From NCBI RefSeq assembly GCF_006345805.1, contig NW_021826843.1:1-11704 (forward strand): 11,704 nucleotides of DNA. Reading direction: 5' to 3'. Every line of letters begins with the position of its first letter. Within the stretch, counting starts at the first letter, position 1. This DNA comes from Octopus sinensis. Lineage: Eukaryota. Below are positions 7,673-11,704 of this stretch, piece after piece. Below the pieces are notes generated by a model. The model saw only the letters and a list, made by a program, of their open reading frames with translations. It had not been told where the DNA came from and ran no database searches. Both the position numbers and the translations under genes were made by a program.

Positions 7673-8520
7673 CAGCGACACCACAGACACCACTACGACC
7701 ACCAACACCACCACCACCAACAACAACACCTCAACCACCACCAACACCACATCCACCACTACTACCATTACCACCACCACCACCACCACTTACACAACCC
7801 ACATCACTACAACCACCACCACTGCCGCCACTACCATCACCACGACAATCATTCCCACCACCAACAACAACACACCATTACCACTACTCCACCACCACCA
7901 CCACTTCCACCACCACCACCAACAACAACAACAACAGTGACACCACAGCCACCACTACCACCACTACGACCACCAACACCAACAACAACACCTCACCACC
8001 ACCACCACCACCACCACCACCAACACCACATCCACTACTACTACCACCCCCACCCCCACCAACAACAACAGCGACACCACAGCCACCACTACCACCACTA
8101 CGACCACCAACACCAACAACAACACCTCACCCACAACCACCACCACCACCACCAACACCACATCCACTACTACTACACCCCCACCCCCAACCACAACAAC
8201 AGCGACACCACAGCCACCACTACCACCACACCACCACCAACACCACATCCACTACTACTACCACCCCCACCCCCACCAACAACAACAGCGACACCACAGC
8301 CACCACTACCACCACCACCACCACCACCACAACACCACATCAACTACTACTACCACCCCCACCCCACCAACAACAACAGCGACACCACAGCCACCACTAC
8401 CACCACCAACACCACAAATACTACCAACACCAGCACCACCAACAACACCTCAACCACCACTACTACCATTACCACAACCACCACCACCTCCACCACCGCT
8501 CCCACCACCACCACCACCAC
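7428..8520. repeat. Degenerate (CCA/CAA/CTA)n trinucleotide tract with internal block duplications
   Basis: Strongly C/A-biased strand. Block 7491-7562 recurs at 7781-7852, and aacaacagcgacaccacagccaccactacc recurs several times. Confidence 0.93.
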
Positions 8521-8963
8521 TGCCTTCATAGAAGATTCTATTTTATACTCTCTGTGTCCATCAAAAATGCTTTTGTTGCAATTTTTCATCTTCAAAGCCA
8601 ACTCTGCAACTGAGGATCTTAAAATATTTAATTGATACGTATACTTCGTTTACTCAATCTTCAATCAAAATTAGATTAATTTAATAATATATATGTATCT
8701 GTCTCTCTCTCTCCCCTCTTTCTCCTTTTCTCTCTCTCGTTGCTCACACATGACCATCGTCCATCTTTCTTTTCCTCACATGATCATCTTTCTTTCCTTT
8801 CAGGGCTGTCCTAAAGATTGGACGTCTCCTTTATATCTCTCTTCTATCTTTTCTCTTGTCAAAGAAAATATTTCTCCAGCATTTGCTATTCTACGCTCAT
8901 TCTGGTCTAATGACCCTCCATGTTTGTTTTCATTCAGTTTCCTTGTATATCTCCACTGTCCTG

Positions 8964-9042
<79 letters not shown>
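8964..9042. repeat. (GATA)n microsatellite
   Basis: Pure GATA run. Confidence 0.98.
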
Positions 9043-9128
9043 GTAGAATGTTGAAAAAGAACACATGAGTTGATATATATATGGAAAAAGTCAATGTAGA
9101 AAATGCTAAAATAATTTTATAAAAAACA

Positions 9129-9170
9129 TTTCCGTACCGGTTTCAGTCATTGAGACTTTTTCAACTGTAA
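9129..9170 (-). ncRNA. Minimal hammerhead ribozyme-like motif with U3-A8 core covariation
   Basis: Minus strand: TTACAG-TTGAAAA-AGTC-TCAAT-GACT-GAAA-CCGG-TA-CGGAAA. Stem I is only partly paired. Confidence 0.5.
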
Positions 9171-9320
9171 GTGTGGAAGACAATTAAATTTGGGAAAAAT
9201 TAAAAGAAAAGTTTTTTAAAAGAATATTTACATAGTATTCAAATACAAGGGATACAAGGGGAATTTTCCTTGTTTCTGTTTGTTTCTGTCTCTCTTGTTT
9301 ACTCTTGTAGGTTTGAGGTT

Positions 9321-9378
9321 GAACCCACATATATACACATGCATATATGGGAACCCACATATATACACATGCATATAT
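9321..9378. repeat. Tandem duplication, 28-bp identity, 30-bp period
   Basis: gaacccacatatatacacatgcatatat at 9321-9348 and 9351-9378. Confidence 0.95.
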
Positions 9379-9601
9379 TGCAACATGAAGTACAAAAACA
9401 AATGAGTTCAATATGCAAACAACGAGGAAAACAAATGGAAAACAGGACAAGTAACATAAAGAACGACCCTTCATCATTTGTCGGCTGTCTATCTACTCCT
9501 CATTGCAAGCATTGGATGACAAGAGTCTTCGAAGACAGTTGCTCTCATAGGTACCAAAATAAAATTTGGGATTTATGGAAGGTCAAAGGACAGTCTCAAT
9601 A

Positions 9602-9672
9602 ATCTATCTATCTATCCATCTCTCCATCCATCCATCCATCCATCCATCCTTTTTTCCCTCCATCTATCTATA

Positions 9673-9728
<56 letters not shown>

Positions 9729-9919
9729 CATCTATCTATCTATCTATCTATCTCTCCATCCATCCATCTCTCTCTCTCCCTCTCTCTCTCTATCTATCTA
9801 TCTATCCATCTACCTATCCATCTATCCATCTATCCATCCATCCATCCATCCATCCATCCTTCCTTCCCTCCATCTATCTATCTATCTATCTATTTATCTC
9901 TCCATCCATCATCCATCCA

Positions 9920-10000
<81 letters not shown>

Positions 10001-10063
10001 CTCCATCCATCCATCCATCCATCTTTCTCTCTCTCTCTCTCTCTCTCTCTATCCATCAATCCA

Positions 10064-10104
<41 letters not shown>

Positions 10105-10180
10105 ATCTATCTATCTATCTATCATTCTGTCTCGCCATCCATCCACCCATTCATCCATCTCTCCCTACATTCTCTCTCCA
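9602..10180. repeat. Compound (TATC)n/(TCCA)n/(TC)n microsatellite
   Basis: Direct reading. Confidence 0.96.
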
Positions 10181-10382
10181 GATTGAAATTTGCCTCAATT
10201 AACTCAAACTACGTCAATGACAAATTAATAACCTTTGTTCCAATATCAACTTCAATACAATCCTGGAGCATATTCTGCACTCGCTGCCAGTTCTTAGTCT
10301 TTCATTATTTGCACCAAGTGACACTTTGTGGCCAGAAGTGATATGCAGTTCCTCTCTCTCCCAATATAAATATATGTCCTAA

Positions 10383-10915
10383 GGGGTTTGTTGGCAGAAT
10401 CGTTAGCATGCTGGGTAAAGTGCTTAGTGGCATTTCATTAGTCTTTGTGTTCTGAGTTCTAATCCTACTGAGGTCGACTTTGCTTTTTATTCCTTTCAGG
10501 GTCGATAAAATAAGTACCAGTTGAATATTGGGGTCGATGGGATCAACTAAGTCCCTTCCCTCAACAATTTTGAGGCTTTGTGTCTGTAGCAGAAAAGGAT
10601 TTGCAATCTTTACATTCTGAGTTCAAATACTGCCAGGGTCGACTTTGTCTTTCATCCTTACGGGGTCGATAAAATAAGTACCAGTTGAATATTGGGGTCG
10701 ATGGGATCAACTAACTCCCTTCCCTCAACAAATTTCAGGCTTTGTGCCTGTAACAGAAAAGGATTTGCTCAGCATTTCAACAATCTTTACATTCTGAGTT
10801 CAAATACCACCAGGGTCGACTTTGTCTTTCATCCTTACGGGGTTGATAAAATAAGTACCAGTTGAACACTAGGGTCGATGGGATCAACTAACTCCCTCCC
10901 TGCAACAAATTTCAG
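10383..10915 (+). mobile_element. Related SINE subfamily (different 3' tail): one head plus three tandem bodies, last one truncated
   Basis: Diverged head TTGGCAGAATCGTTAGCATGCTGGG. Bodies restart near 10603 and 10769. Tail is ...aaatttcaggctttgtgcctgtaacagaaaaggatt. Confidence 0.85.
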
Positions 10916-11347
10916 ATGACAGACGACATACCTATTTCTTTACAACCCACAAGGGGCTAAACACAGAGAGGACAAACAAAGACAGACATAGGTATTAAGT
11001 CGATTATATCGACCCAAGTGTGTAACTGGTACTTAATTTATCGACCCTGAAAGGATGAAAGGCAAAGTCGACCTTGGCGGAATTTGAACTCAGAACGTAA
11101 CGACAGATGTAATACCTATTTCTTTACTACCCACAAGGGGCTAAACACAGAGAGGACAAACAAAGACAGGCAAAGGTATTAAGTCAATTACATCGACCCC
11201 AGTGCGTAAATGGTACTTAATTTATCAACCCCGAAAGGATGAAAGGCAAAGTTGACCTTGGTGGAATTTGAACTCAGAACGTAACGACAGACGAAATACC
11301 GCTAAGCATTTCGCCCGGCGCACTAACGCTTCTGCCAGCTCGCCGCC
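10916..11347 (-). mobile_element. SINE array of the 5648 family on the minus strand: head, two 184-bp bodies and the first bases of a third
   Basis: Head GGCGGCGAGCTGGCAGAAGCGTTAG from 11347. Bodies at 11299-11116 and 11115-10932. Confidence 0.9.
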
Positions 11348-11486
11348 TTAACTCCTAAAATATATAGATATATATATATACTCCTAAAAAACTGTAAATT
11401 TAGGATGAATACTTGTCAACATGTGTATATAAGAATTTTTTGTATAATGAGATAAAAAGATCAAGGCTGTGCGCTGACATAGAACC

Positions 11487-11557
11487 AACGTAACGCAGAC
11501 GAAATACCGCTAAGCATTTCACCCGGCGTGCTAAGTTTCTGCCAGTCAGCTCGCCGC
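11487..11557 (-). mobile_element. Isolated SINE 5' head fragment, truncated before the B box
   Basis: Closely matches 11278-11346, with small indels. Confidence 0.85.
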
Positions 11558-11559
11558 TT

Positions 11560-11704
<145 letters not shown>

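Noticed and set aside
7076-8635. 519-aa and 380-aa Pro/His/Thr-rich ORFs (extensin/mucin-like appearance) and antisense poly-Val ORFs
   Set aside because: They are translations of (TTC)n and (CCA/CAA)n tracts, which lack stops in several frames at once. No domain, and the composition switches frame arbitrarily.
9461-9540. Further hammerhead candidate (minus-strand ATGATGAAGGG) near the palindrome GTCTTCGAAGAC (9525-9536)
   Set aside because: The core has a mismatch and I could not build stem II plus GAAA in this copy. It is probably a decayed repeat.
9566-10186. 206-aa [11 protein letters not shown]
   Set aside because: It is a translation of (TATC)n/(TCCA)n.
10182-10345. Possible exon after the pyrimidine tract and CAG at 10179-10181
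   Set aside because: Only short open frames on either strand, no recognisable protein and no clear donor site.

Overview
AT-rich, repeat-saturated animal DNA with no credible protein-coding gene. The SINE families look like those I associate with octopus/cephalopod genomes (recognition, not a search). Every long ORF in the track comes from microsatellite or repeat sequence. From left to right: (TA)n-embedded repeat fragments carrying hammerhead-ribozyme-like cores (262-304 -, an inverted pair at 541-644 - and 757-861 + inside a ~180-bp-arm palindrome); a SINE 3' fragment; and two copies of a non-autonomous DNA transposon with 30-bp GG-terminated TIRs whose ends are amplified into satellite arrays (the 2838-5488 copy has a perfect 8-bp TSD). 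Next come a tRNA-type SINE with one head and six tandem bodies bracketed by a 14-bp TSD (5648-6772), long (TTC)n, (CCA/CAA)n, (GATA)n and (TATC/TCCA)n tracts, and a further hammerhead-like core with a U3-A8 covariation (9129-9170 -). The window ends with two more SINE arrays fused tail-to-tail (10383-11347) and a (TA)n tract.
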